Origin: Haliotis rubra
Taxonomy: Eukaryota
Assembly: GCF_003918875.1 (NCBI RefSeq)
Contig: NW_025766525.1
Location: 1,178,001-1,242,000, forward strand
Direction of reading: 5' to 3'
DNA length: 64,000 nt
Part shown: positions 39,707 to 52,917 of the stretch, in pieces
Numbering within the stretch: position 1 is the stretch's first letter
Layout: each line of letters opens with the position of its first letter
Notes under the pieces: model-generated
Told to the model about the DNA's origin: nothing
Seen by the model: only the letters and a program-made list of their open reading frames with translations
Databases searched by the model: none
Translations under genes and position numbers: made by a program

Positions 39707-39964
39707 TCTTAATCTGTTGTAAAGACACAACACACAGCTGGAAGAACAGGTCTCCATGACGTATCTTACTGTAGCCTTACCACACTATCGATTGAATATC
39801 AACATAAGTGAAAATATCTGTTAAACAATTGCAGCAGTAACTCCTGCAAGCACTGACCTGGATTAGAGATTTGGGGAAAGTGGGAAACCCCAACACAGAC
39901 CCTATACTCAAACTACATCCTTATACAGAGGAGATACGGAATGACCAAGGTTGACTAGATCAAG

Positions 39965-40577
39965 TGCTGCCATGTAGGTGTCCTGTACACATAGCTGCCA
40001 TGTAGGTGTCTTGTGGACAATGCTGCCATGTAGGTGTCCTGTACACATAGCTGCCATGTAGGTGTCCTGTGGACAATACTGCCATGTAGGTGTCCTGTAC
40101 ACATAGCTGCCATGTAGGTGTCTTGTGGACAATGCTGCCATGTAGGTGTCCTGTACACATAGCTGCCATGTAGGTGTCTTGTGGACAATGCTGCCATGTA
40201 GGTGTCTTGTGGACAATGCTGCCATGTAGGTGTCTTGTGGACAATGCTGCCATGTAGGTGTCCTGTACACATAGCTGCCATGTAGGTGTCCTGTACACAT
40301 AGCTGCCATGTAGGTGTCCTGTGGACAATGCTACCATGTTGGTGTCTTGTGGACAATGCTGCCATGTAGGTGTCTTGTGGACAATGCTGCCATATAGGTG
40401 TCCTGAGGACAAAACTGCTATGTAGGTGTCCTGTGGACAATACTGTCATGTAGGTGTCCTGTGGACAATACTGATATGCAGTTGTCCGGTGGACAATACT
40501 GCTATGTAGGTGTCTTGTGGACAATGCTGCCATGTTGGACAATACTGTCTTGTGGTGTCCTGTGGACAATGCTGCCA
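39965..40577. repeat. 28-bp minisatellite with two interspersed unit types
   Basis: GCTGCCATGTAGGTGTC followed by TTGTGGACAAT or CTGTACACATA. Confidence 0.93.
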
Positions 40578-40783
40578 GAGAGAAGTAACAGACTGGTATG
40601 CTGCCTACATTACTAGTGTTGATGAGATAGATCACTAGGAAAGTGATGCCTTTCATAATTTGTCTACATTCAAAATATATTGAACAGAAGTGCTGTTATG
40701 ACATTGGAGTGGTGTGAATTTGGTAAAGAATGTAACTAACAGTTAAATTAGCATTATCAGATGGATAAACAGATGCTGATGGA

Positions 40784-40948
40784 CTGACTGACTGAGTTTG
40801 GTTTTACGCCGCTTTTAGCAATATTCCAGCAACATCACGGCGGGGGACACCAGAAATGGGCCTCACACATTGTACCCATGTGGGGATTCGAACCCGGGTC
40901 TTCGGCGTGACGAGCGGACGCTTTAACCATTAGGCTACCCCACCGCCC
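40784..40948 (-). mobile_element. Full-length tRNA-derived SINE
   Basis: A box TAGCCTAATGG, B box GGTTCGAATCC, (TCAG)n tail; 14-bp TSD CAGATGCTGATGGA at 40770-40783 and 40949-40962. Confidence 0.95.
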
Positions 40949-41062
40949 CAGATGCTGATGGAACAACATATAACACACGTATACCTGGAGAGATACAGAG
41001 AGGTTTACATATTCTGTCGGGAAATACCCCAGAAGCAGAACAGTACAACACTCACGTAACAT

Positions 41063-41455
41063 AGGTTATATTTGGGATTATGCTTTCTCAGTAAAGTACA
41101 CATTCTAGTAACTTTTTTCTTGGGTTGAGTCCCATCGAACCCACACCCTCAGAGTCGGGCACCTAATCGCCAGCACACAAAGTCAGCTGCCAAACCCACT
41201 CAGCCACTGTGGCTTCCACAAAAATGACAACTGGTGGTCTAGGCTGCGGACTTTGTGTAAGCCTATGATACATACAAACTGGTACAGCTCCCACGACCGA
41301 AAGCTATGGATACACAATGCCATTTAGGAAGTAGTCAAATGTAACATGTTATATTTGGGATTACACTTTCTCAGTAAAGTACAGATTCTAGTTCCTTTTT
41401 AGTTGGGTTGAGTCCCATCCGGGACTCGAACCCACAACCTCAGAGTCAGGCACCA
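41063..41455 (-). repeat. Tandem (~285-bp period) tRNA-related repeat with Pol III boxes
   Basis: Minus-strand A-box TGGCTGAGTGG (41196-41206) and B-box GGTTCGAGTCC (41422-41432); GTTATATTTGGGATTA...GGCACC present twice. Confidence 0.7.
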
Positions 41456-41814
41456 AATAAGTACCTTAGACCACTTTCTAAACATCGCTGATGATTTAAA
41501 GCAAGGAAATAGCCCACACAGTTCAGTGTATTTCCTCCATGATATCTTGTTAACTGTTACATTAATATTTGATAGGTAATGATCTTTAGCCTCATGAATA
41601 AAATAAAAAAACTGCCTTAATCAATAAATGAGTGAATCAAGTTTCATGCAGCTGCCAGCAGTGAGCGTCCTCCAGTACCTGACACTGTACCATGATGCCA
41701 CATGCTACCCCCGGGTTATATATGTAAAAACATAAAAACCAATTGTTTTTCAACAATCTCTAAATATTTGTTTTTGGAACTGTGTCCTTAAAGATGCCTG
41801 TAACACAGCTAAAG

Positions 41815-44800
41815 AGCCCACAGCCTACAACTGACTACACAGCCTACAGCATCTCACTACAACAGCCTACATTGCACTATGATGCCTACAACTGACTACA
41901 ATGATTCGCACTATGATAGGCTACAACTGACTACATCACACTACAATAGCCTACAACTGACTATATGGCTCTGTGATAGCCTACAACTGACTACATATCA
42001 CTATGATAGCCTACAACTGACTACATCACACTATGATAGCCTACAATGGACTACATCACACTATGATAGCCTACAACTGACTACATATCACTATGATAGC
42101 CTACAACTGACTACATCGCACTATGATAGCCTACAACGGACTACATCACACTATGATAGCCTACAACTGACTACATCGCACTACGATAGCCTACATCTGA
42201 CTACATCGCACTACAATAGCCTACAACGGACTACATCACACTATGATAGCCTACAACTGACTACATCGCACTATGATAGCCTACAACTGACTACATCACA
42301 CTATGATAGCCTACAACTGACTACATCACACTATGATAGCCTACAACTGACTACATCACACTACAATAGCCTACAACTGACTACATGGCTCTGTGATAGC
42401 CTACAACTGACTACATCGCACTATGATAGCCTACAACTGACTACATCGCACTATGATAGCCTACAACTGACTACATCGCACTACAATAGCCTACAACTGA
42501 CTACATCGCACTATGATAGCCTACAACTGACTACATCGCACTATGATAGCCTACAACTGACTACATCGCACTTCAATAGAGTAGAACTTAATACATCACA
42601 CTACAATAGCCTACAACTGACTACAACACACTATGATAGCCTACAACTGACTACATCGAACTACGATAGCCTACAACTGACTACATCACACTACGATAGC
42701 CTTCAACTGACTACATCGCACTACAATAGAGTAGAACTGACTACATCACACTATGATAGCCTACAACTGACTACAACACACTATGATAGCCTACAACTGA
42801 CTACATTGCACAACGACAGCCTATAACTGACTACATCACACTACGATAATCTACAACTGACTTAAAGTAACATCGCACTACAATAGATTAGAACTGAATA
42901 CATCACACTACAATAGCCTACAACGGACTACATCGCACTATGATAGCCTACAACTGACTACATCGCACTATGATAGCCTACAACTGACTACATCGCACTA
43001 TGATAGCCTACAACTGACTACATCACACTATGATAGCCTACAACTGACTACATACATACATACATACAAATACTTGTATAGCGCTAATATCCGTAATCCG
43101 CTCAAAGGCGCTCTGGCTCTAAGATGGTCTAGATATCACATAGAGTTCAAATGCTTCAGCAAAGAGACACGTCTTCAGATTTGAATTAAAAACAGCTAAA
43201 TCTGGTTGTGTTCTGAGGTGAGATGGAAGATTGTTCCAGAGATGAGGGCCAGTCGTCTCGAGTGACCTGTCACAATATGTTTTTGTCCTTGTCACAGGAA
43301 TTGTCAAAAGACACTGGTCATTTGATCGGAGTGAACGTACAGGAGTATAACGGTGGAACAGATCACAGAGGTACTGAGGAGCTAGACCATGTAAACTTTT
43401 GAAAACAAGGAGTAGAGTTTTATATTTTATGCGGTAGTGGACGGGAAGCCAATGAAGTGAGTGAAGAACGGGAGTAATGTGGTCTGATTTCTTTGATTGA
43501 GAGACCACTCTGGCTGCAGTATTCTGCACCTTCTGAAGCTTGTGTACAAGATAATTTGGGAGGCCCACAAGAAGCGCATTACAGTAGTCAAGATGAGATG
43601 TTACATATGCCTGAATAAGAGATGCTGTAGTCTTGACGTCCAGGTATCGTCGAATCATGCCGATGTTGTGAATGTGGTAGTACGCCCTTCTACAGATGTT
43701 ATTGATGTGTGGCTCCATGGACAGTGAAGAATAAAAAATAACTCCCAAGTTTCGTACCTCATGGTTTGGCTGAATCTCACACTGACCGATGCTGAATTTA
43801 GGAAGAGAGATACTGGGTTGGAGACGCTTAGGGTGGAAAACTATGAGTTCAGTTTTATCATCATTCAGTTTGAGGTAGTGTGACGACATCCAGATTTTGA
43901 TGCAGCTGACACACTCTTCAATGGTGAGAAATGAAGACACAGCTGATGAAGAAAGTAAGGGTTTGAATGATATATAAATTTGAGTGTTGTCAGCATATAA
44001 ATGCAGTCCAAGGTTGAAGGATCTGACGATATCACCTAGAGGAGAAGTATAAACAGTGAAAAGTAGAGGTCCAAGAACCGATCCCTCGGGCACGCCATAA
44101 GCAAGATCCTTAGGACTGGAGATGTGACCATCAATGATCACCGATTGATGACTATCTGCTATGTATGACTCAAACCACTGAAGAACAGTTCCTCTAATAC
44201 CCATCCTGGTCTCAAGTGTATGCATCAGAATAGTATGGTCGATAGTATCGAAGGCACTACTCAAATCAAGTAGAACCAATACTGCAGCACCATCTTTGTC
44301 GCACTACGATAGCCTACAACTGACTACCTCACTATGATAGCCTACAACTGACTACATCGCACTATGATAGCCTACAACTGACTACATCACACTACAATAG
44401 CCTACAACTGACTACATGGCTCTGTGATAGCCTACAACTGACTACATCGCACTATGATAGCCTACAACTGACTACATCGCACTATGATATCCTACAACTG
44501 ACTACATCACACTGCGATAGCCTACAACTGACTACATGGCTCTGTGATAGCCAACAACTGACTACATCGCACTATGATAGCCTACAACTGACTACATCGC
44601 ACTATGATAGCCTACAACGGACTACATCGCACTATGATAGCCTACAACTGACTACATCGAACTACGATAGCCAACAACTGACTACATCACACTATGATAG
44701 CCTACAACTGACTACAACACACCATGATAGCCTACAACTGACTACACCACACTGCGATAGCCTACAACTGACTACATCACACTGCGATAGCCTACAACTG

Positions 44801-47800
44801 ACTACATCACACTGTGATAGCCTACAACTGACTACATCGCACTATGATAGCCTACAACTGACTACATCACACTATGATAGCCTACAACTGACTACATCAC
44901 ACTACAATAGCCTACAACTGACTACATGGCTCTGTGATAGCCTACAACTGACTACATCGCACTATGATAGCCTACAACTGACTACATCGCACTATGATAG
45001 CCTACAACTGACTACATCACACTGCGATAGCCTACAACTGACTACATGGCTCTGTGATAGCCAACAACTGACTACATCGCACTATGATAGCCTACAACTG
45101 ACTACATCACACTATGATAGCCTACAACTGACTACATCGCACTACGATAGCCTATGATAGCCTACAACTGGCTACAACTGACTACATCGAACTACGATAG
45201 CCTACAACTGACTACATCACACTACGATAGCCTTCAACTGACTACATCGCACTACAATAGAGAAGAACTGAATACATCACACTATGATAGCCTACAACTG
45301 ACTACAACACACTATGATAGCCTACAACTGACTACATTGCACTACGATAGCCTATAACTGACTACAACGCACTATGATAGCCTACAACTGACTACATCGA
45401 ACTACGATAGCCTACAACTGACTACATCACACTATGATAGCCTACAACTGACTACATCACACTACGATAATCTACAACTGACTTAAAGTAACATTGCACT
45501 ACAATAGATTAGAACTGAATACATCACACTACAATAGCCTACAACGGACTACATCGCACTATGATAGCCTACAACTGACTACATCACACTACAATAGCCT
45601 ACAACTGACTACATCGCACTATGATAGCCTACAACTGACTACATCGAACTACGATAGCCTACAACTGACTACATCACACTACGATAGCCTTCAACTGACT
45701 ACATCGCACTACAATAGAGTAGAACTGAATACATCACACTATGATAGCCTACAACTGACTACACCACACTATGATAGCCACAACTGACTACATTGATAGC
45801 CTACAACTTGTGATAGCCACAACTGACTACATCGCACTATGATAGCCTACAACTGACTACATCGCACTATGATAGCCTACAACTGGACTACATCACACTG
45901 AGCCTACACTCGACTACTCACACGATATAGCCTACAACTGACTACATCACACTATGATAGCCTACGAACTGACTATGATAGCCTACAACTGACTACACCA
46001 CTATGATAGCCTACAACTGACTACATCGCACTATGATAGCCCACAACTGACTACATCGCACTATAGCCTACAACTGACTACATCACACCGCGATAGCCTA
46101 CAACTGACTACATCACACTGTGATAGCCTACAACTGACTACATCGCACTATGATAGCCTACAACTGACTACACATCGCACTATGATAGCCTACAACTGGA
46201 CTACATCACACTATGATAGCCTACATAACTGACTAACTCACGATGGCCTACAACTGACTACATCACATTTGATAGCTCTCATAAACCGACTACATCGCAC
46301 CATGATAGACTACTACAACTGACTACATCGCCTTACAACTGACTACATTCATGATAGCCTACAACTGACTACATCACACTCTGATAGCCTACAACTGACT
46401 ACACTACGATAGACTACTGACTATCGACTAAGAATGGAATACATACTATGATAGCCTACAACTGATTACACACACTATGCCTACAACTGACTACATCACA
46501 CTATGATAGCCTACAACTGACTACATCGCACTATGATAGCCTACAACTGACTACATCGAACCACGATAGCCTATAGCCTACAACTGACTACATCACACTG
46601 ACTACATCACTGCCTACAACTGCATTTGAACTACACATCACACTACAATAGCCTACATCGGACCACTTTATGATAGCCTACAACTGACATCCACACTACG
46701 CCATACAACTACAATATGAGCCTAGAACTCGAATACATCACACTACTGGAGAAGCCTACAAACTGACTACATCACACTATGATAGCCTACAACTGACTAC
46801 ATTGCACCTATGATAGCCTATAACTGACTACATCACACCACGATAATCTACAACTGACTTAAAAGTAACATAAAGTAACATTGCACTACAATAGATTAGA
46901 ACTGAATACATCACACTACAATAGCCTACAACGGACTACATCACACTATGATAGCCTACAACTGACTACAACACACTGTGATAGCCTACAACTGACTACA
47001 TCACACTATGATAGCCTACAACTGACTACATCACACTACACCTACAACTGATACATCACACTATGAAGCCTTCAACTGACTACATCACACTACAATAGAG
47101 TAGAACTGAATACATAGCTATGATACAACTGACTACATCACACCGCGATAGCCTACAACTGACTACATCACACTATGATAGCCTACAACTGACTACATCA
47201 CACTATGATAGCCTACAACTGACTTGACTACATCACACTACAATAGCCTACAATTGACTACATCAACACTACTCGCATGCTGATAGCCTACAACTGACTA
47301 CATCACACTATGATAGCCTACAACTGACTACATCACACTATGATAGCCTACAACTGACTACATCACACTATGATAGCCTACAACTGACTACATCACACTA
47401 TGATAGCCTACGCCTACATCACACTGTATAGCCTACAACTGACTACATCACACTGCGATAGCCTACAACTGACTACATCACACTATGATAGCCTACAACT
47501 GACTACATCACACTACAATAGCCTACAACTGACTACATCACACTATGATAGCCTACAACTGACTACATCACACTGCGATAGCCTACAACTGACTACACCA
47601 CACTGGGATAGCCTACAACTGACTACATCACACTGCGATAGCCTACAACTGACTACATCACACTATGATAGCCTACAACTGACTACAACACACTATGATA
47701 GCCTACAACTGACTACATCACACTACGATAGCCTACAACTGACTACATCACACTATGATAGCCTACAACTGACATCACATGCGATAGCCCACAACTGACT

Positions 47801-48180
47801 ACATCGCACTATGATAGCCTACAACTGACTACATCACACTACAATAGCCTACAACTGACTACATCACACTATGATAGCCTACAACTGACTACATCACACT
47901 GCGATAGCCTACAACTGACTACACCACACTGCGAAAGCCTACAACTGACTACACCACACTGCGAAAGCGTACAACTGACTACACCACACTGCGATAGCCT
48001 ACAACTGACTACATCACACTATGATAGCCTACAACTGACTACACCACACTGCGATAGCCTACAACTGACTACATCACACTATGATAGCCTACAACTGACT
48101 ACAACACACTATGATAGCCTACAACTGACTATGACAGGCTACATCTGATGACAAAGCCCACACCTGACTACAACACACTC
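41815..48180. repeat. 30-bp minisatellite (CTATGATAGCCTACAACTGACTACATCRCA), ~170 copies, interrupted by a LINE
   Basis: 10-aa HYDSLQLTTS periodicity; noisy zone ~45780-47300. Confidence 0.97.
43054..44298 (-). mobile_element. 5'-truncated L2-like LINE; uninterrupted 386-aa RT C-terminal ORF (43119-44279)
   Basis: VLLDLSSAFDT, GVPEGSVLGP, YADNTQ, LKLNDDKTE, LDYCNALL, HITPVLHSLHWLPV; (ATGT)n tail. Confidence 0.95.
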
Positions 48181-48519
48181 ATTGATAACGTAGGAATCTA
48201 GTGGTGAACTTGGTGAATATATGACATCAGTATTCAGTGTGTAGAGACTTCATTGCATATGATATGTATTGATGAACATTTATCCGTATGTAGTAGTCAT
48301 ATCATGTATTGTGGACCGACAGTTCCTGGATATCATTGCCTATATGTGCCTGGTGTTAAGTTAATCAGTTGTCTACTGATATTCAAACTGTATCCTATAT
48401 GACAGTGAAGGACAAATACTTTGTCAGAGATATAATGTAAGAAGCAGTACAGAACCGGCAACAGTTTGACTTAAATAACAAAAGTATGTAGCAATACTAA
48501 TGTACACATTCCTGCTTAT

Positions 48520-49400
48520 TCCTCACTCGTGATAATACAGGGTCGATATTTCAATATCTCCTCACTCGTGATAATACAGGGTCGATATTTCAATATCTCC
48601 TAACTCAAGATGATACAGGGTCGATATTTCAATATCTCCTCACTCATGATAAATACAGGGTCGATATTTCAATATCTCCTCACTCATAATAATACAGGGT
48701 TGATATTTCAATATCTCCTAACTCAAGATGATACAGGGTTGATATTTCAATATCTCCTCACTCATGATAAATACAGGGTCGATATTTCAATATCTCCTCA
48801 CTCTAGATAATACAGGGTCGATATTTCAATATCTCCTCACTCAAGATAATACAGGGTCGATATTTCAATATCTCCTCACTCATGATAATACAGGGTTGAT
48901 ATTTCAATATCTCCTCACTCATGATAATTCAGGGTCGATATTTCAATATCTCCTCACTCATGATAATACAGGGTCGATATTTCAATATCTCCTCACTCAT
49001 GATAATACTGGGTTGATATTTCAATATCTCCTCACTCAAGATAATACAGGGTTGATATTTCAATATCTCCTCACTCATGATAATACAGGGTCTTTATTTC
49101 AATATTTCCTCACTCATGATAATACAGGGTTGATATTTCAATATTTCCTCACTCAAGATAATACAGGGTCGATATTTCAATATCTCCTCACTCATGATAA
49201 TACAGGGTTGATATTTCAATATCTCCTCACTCTAGATAATACAGGGTTGATATTTCAATATCTCCTCACTCTAGATAATACAGGTTCTTTATTTCAATAT
49301 TTCCTCACTCATGATAATACAGGGTTGATATTTCAATATCTCCTCACTCAAGATAATACAGGGTTGATATTTCAAAATCTCCTCACTAATAATACAGGGT
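48520..49400. repeat. 39-bp minisatellite, ~22 copies
   Basis: GATAATACAGGGTYGATATTTCAATATCTCCTCACTCAT. Confidence 0.95.
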
Positions 49401-49404
49401 TTAC

Positions 49405-51657
49405 TACAGGGCAGTGTGTACCAGTCCCCAGGGCCAATATTGTTATAACGCATCACTGATGTTAAGGCAGGGTGTACCAGTCACTAGGGCCAATATTGTT
49501 ATAATGCATCACTGATGTTAAGGCAGGGTGTAAAAGTCACTTGGGCCAATATTGTTATAATGCATCAGTGATGTTAAGGCAGTGTGTACCAGTCACTAGG
49601 GCGAATATTGTTATTATGCATCAGTGATGTTAACGCAGTGTGTACCAGTTACTAGAGCCAATATTGTTATTATGCATCAGTGATGTTAACGCAGGGTGTA
49701 CTAGTCACTAGGGTCAATATTGTTATTATGCATCACTGATGTTAGGGCAGGGTGTACCAGTCACTAGAGCGAATATTGTTATTATGCATCACTGATGTTA
49801 AGGCAGTGTGTACCAGTCACTAAGGGCCAATATTGTTATTATGCATCACTGATGTTAAGGCAGTGTGTACCAGTCACTAGAGCCAATATTGTTATAATGC
49901 ATCACTGATGTTAAGGCAGGGTGTACCATTCACTAGGTTCAATATTGTTATAATGCATCACTGATGTTAAGTCAGTGTGTACCAGCCACTAGGGCCAATA
50001 TTGTTATTATGCATCAGTGATGTTAAGGCAGTGTGTACCAGCCACTAGAGCCAATATTGTTATTATGCATCAGTGATGTTAAGGCAGTGTGTACCAGCCA
50101 CTAGAGCCAATATTGTTATTATGCATCACTGATGTTAAGGCAGTGTGTACCAGGCAATTGGGCCAATATTGTTATTATGCATCACTGATGTTAAGGCAGG
50201 GTGTACCAGTCACTAGGGTCAATATTGTTATTATGGCTCACTGATGTTAAGGCAGTGTGCACCAGTCAATAGAGCCAATATTGTTATTATGCATCACTGA
50301 TGTTAAGGCAGGGTGTACAAGTCACTAGAGCCAATATTGTCATTATGCATCACTGATGTTAAGGCAGGGTGTACCAATCACTAGGGTCAATATTGTTATT
50401 ATGCATCACTAATGTTAAGGCAGGGTGTACCAGTCACTAGGGTCAATATTGTTATTATGCATCACTGATGTTAAGGCAGGGTGTACCAGTCACTAGGGTC
50501 AATATTGTTATTATGCATAACTGATGTTAAGGCAGGGTGTACCAGTCATTAGAGCCAATATTCTCACAATGCATCAGTGATGTTAAGGCAGGGTGTACCA
50601 GTCACTAGGGCGAATATTGTTATAATGCATCACTGATGTTAAGGCAGGGTGTACCAGTCACTAAAGCCAATATTGTTATTATGCATCACTGATGTTAAGG
50701 CAGGGTGTACAAGTCACTAGAGCCAATATTGTCATTATGCATCACTGATGTTAAGGCAGGGTGTACCAATCACTAGGGTCAATATTGTTATTATGCATCA
50801 CTGATGTTAAGGCAGGGTGTACCAGTCACTAGGGTCAATATTGTTATTATGCATCACTGATGTTAAGGCAGGGTGTGCCAGTCACTAGAGGCAATTTTCT
50901 CATAATGCATCACTGATGTTAAGGCAGTGTGTACCAGTCACTAGAGCCAATATTCTCATAATGCATCACTGATGTTAAGGCAGTGTGTACCAGTCACTAG
51001 AGGCAATATTCTCATAACACATCACTGATGTTAAGGCAGTGTGTACCAGTCACCTCAGCCAATATTCTCATAACACATCACTGATGTTAAGGCAGTGTGT
51101 ACCAGCCACTAGGGTCAATATTCTCATAACACATCACTGATGTTAAGGCAGTGTGTACCAGTCACTAGGGTCAATATTCTCATAACACATCACTGATGTT
51201 AAGGCAGTGTGTACCAGTCACCTCAGCCAATATTCTCATAACACATCACTGATGTTAAGGCAGTGTGTACCAGTCACTAGAGCCAATATTCTCATAACAC
51301 ATCACTGATGTTAAGGCAGTGTGTACCAGTCACTAGGGTCAATATTCTCATAACACATCACTGATGTTAAGGCAGTGTGTACCAGTCACTAGGGTCAATA
51401 TTCTCATAACACATCACTGATGTTAAGGCAGTGTGTACCAGTCACCTCAGCCAATATTCTCATAACACATCACTGATGTTAAGGCAGTGTGTACCAGTCA
51501 CTAGGGTCAATATTCTCATAACACATCACTGATGTTAAGGCAGTGTGTACCAGTCATCTCAGCCAATATTCTCATAACACATCACTGATGTTAAGGCAGT
51601 GTGTACCAGTCACTAGGGTCAATATTCTCATAACACATCACTGATGTTAAGGCAGGG
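49405..51657. repeat. 56-bp minisatellite, ~40 copies
   Basis: GTGTACCAGTCACTAGRGYCAATATT...CATCACTGATGTTAAGGCAGK. Confidence 0.95.
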
Positions 51658-52480
51658 TTTGTCGTGGTGTGAGAACTGCTGAGTGCCTCCAGGCAAAACC
51701 ATAAACACAGACGGAGTGATGCAACTGTGTGAATGGTGGGTGTCACCAGTAGGCAAGACATGTATTCCTAGTTTGCAAACTCCTGTTGTCATCCGTCACC
51801 TACCTGTAAATAATTTTCTCCACTGTTCATTACAAATAGAATCTGTTTCAGCAGATAATCGAGAATTTACACCTTCACAATATCATGTGACAGTTAACTG
51901 ACTGCCAACCGTGGAGAATATATGCAAATGACTGTCACTGCTTATTATTCCACTGACTTCTTTCTTGTCCACAGACATATCAGCCATGGTGCTCACACAA
52001 TTACACATCCATCTATCACTTCTATGACTAATACATGAAAGTCACTGACAAATGCAAGCTTCAAACAAACAGTGGGTTCAGAGTTCATTGATCAAAAGCA
52101 GAAATGAGGGAAAATAATATACCAAGTGGTAATAAATTTAGTGACATTTACAATGTTGTATGACATGATTTAGTGGCATGTGCAGCCAGACATTGTGTAG
52201 ACTACTACAGTGTCACATGGACACCATGGCAAGTACATATGACCGCTGTCATAGACACCTGGTGTTACTACGACATGGGGGGGGGGCTCACGCTAGCCTG
52301 TTATAAACATTGTGTAGACTACTACAGTGTCACAACGACACATTGGCAAGTACACATGACAGCATGAAACTCACCCTAGCCTGTTATAAACACTGTGTAT
52401 ACTACTAGACTACTACAGTGTCATATCGACAAGTACACATCACTGCTGTCATTGACATCTGTTAAAATATGATTACATAA

Positions 52481-52788
52481 GGAACCATTAATAATTTATG
52501 GCTAGGGGGTGATGATGATTTTTATGGCAAGCATGTACAATGTGAATGACCCCCACCCCCACCCCCATGCATGTACAAAGTAAGTGGCCCCTCCACGTGT
52601 CATGTACAAAATTAATGACCCCCCCATAATTTTTAAGCATATTTCAACAACATTTTTATGTACAAAATTGCTGACCCCATTCCTCTCCGCAAGTTCAAGT
52701 TTACAAAACTGACGAACCCCCCTACCTCCCATCTTAATATCATCACCCCATCCACCCCACCCCCACGCCATAGATAATGAACAGTCCC
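52481..52788. mobile_element. PIF/Harbinger (Tourist-like) MITE
   Basis: Imperfect TIRs GGAACCATTAATAATTTATGGC / GCCATAGATAATGAACAGTCCC; TAA on both sides (52478-52480, 52789-52791); no ORF. Confidence 0.75.
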
Positions 52789-52812
52789 TAAGTGAAGTAA
52801 AATATTAAACAC

Positions 52813-52917
52813 TTGGGATTACACTTTCTCAGTAAAGTACAGATTCAAGTACTTTTCTGAGAAAGTGCAATCCCAAATATAACATGTTACATTTGACCAC
52901 TTCCTAAATGGCATTGT
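52813..52917. repeat. Fold-back copy of the tRNA-related repeat (28-bp arms, 8-nt loop)
   Basis: Arms 52813-52840 and 52849-52876 with 2 mismatches; right arm continues as reverse complement of ~41316-41365. Confidence 0.85.

Noticed and set aside
40870-40948. tRNA gene
   Set aside because: A and B boxes belong to a SINE head with body, tail and TSD.
45780-47300. Scrambled units in array interiors (also ~11050-11580, ~35800-36150, ~60960-61400)
   Set aside because: Indel-rich noise in the middle of long arrays is typical of poorly polished long-read consensus and cannot be called biological.
41879-49459. HYDSLQLTTS and NTGLIFQYLLTHD repeat proteins
   Set aside because: Products of 30- and 39-bp arrays; unit lengths divisible by 3 are about one third of all arrays, as expected by chance.
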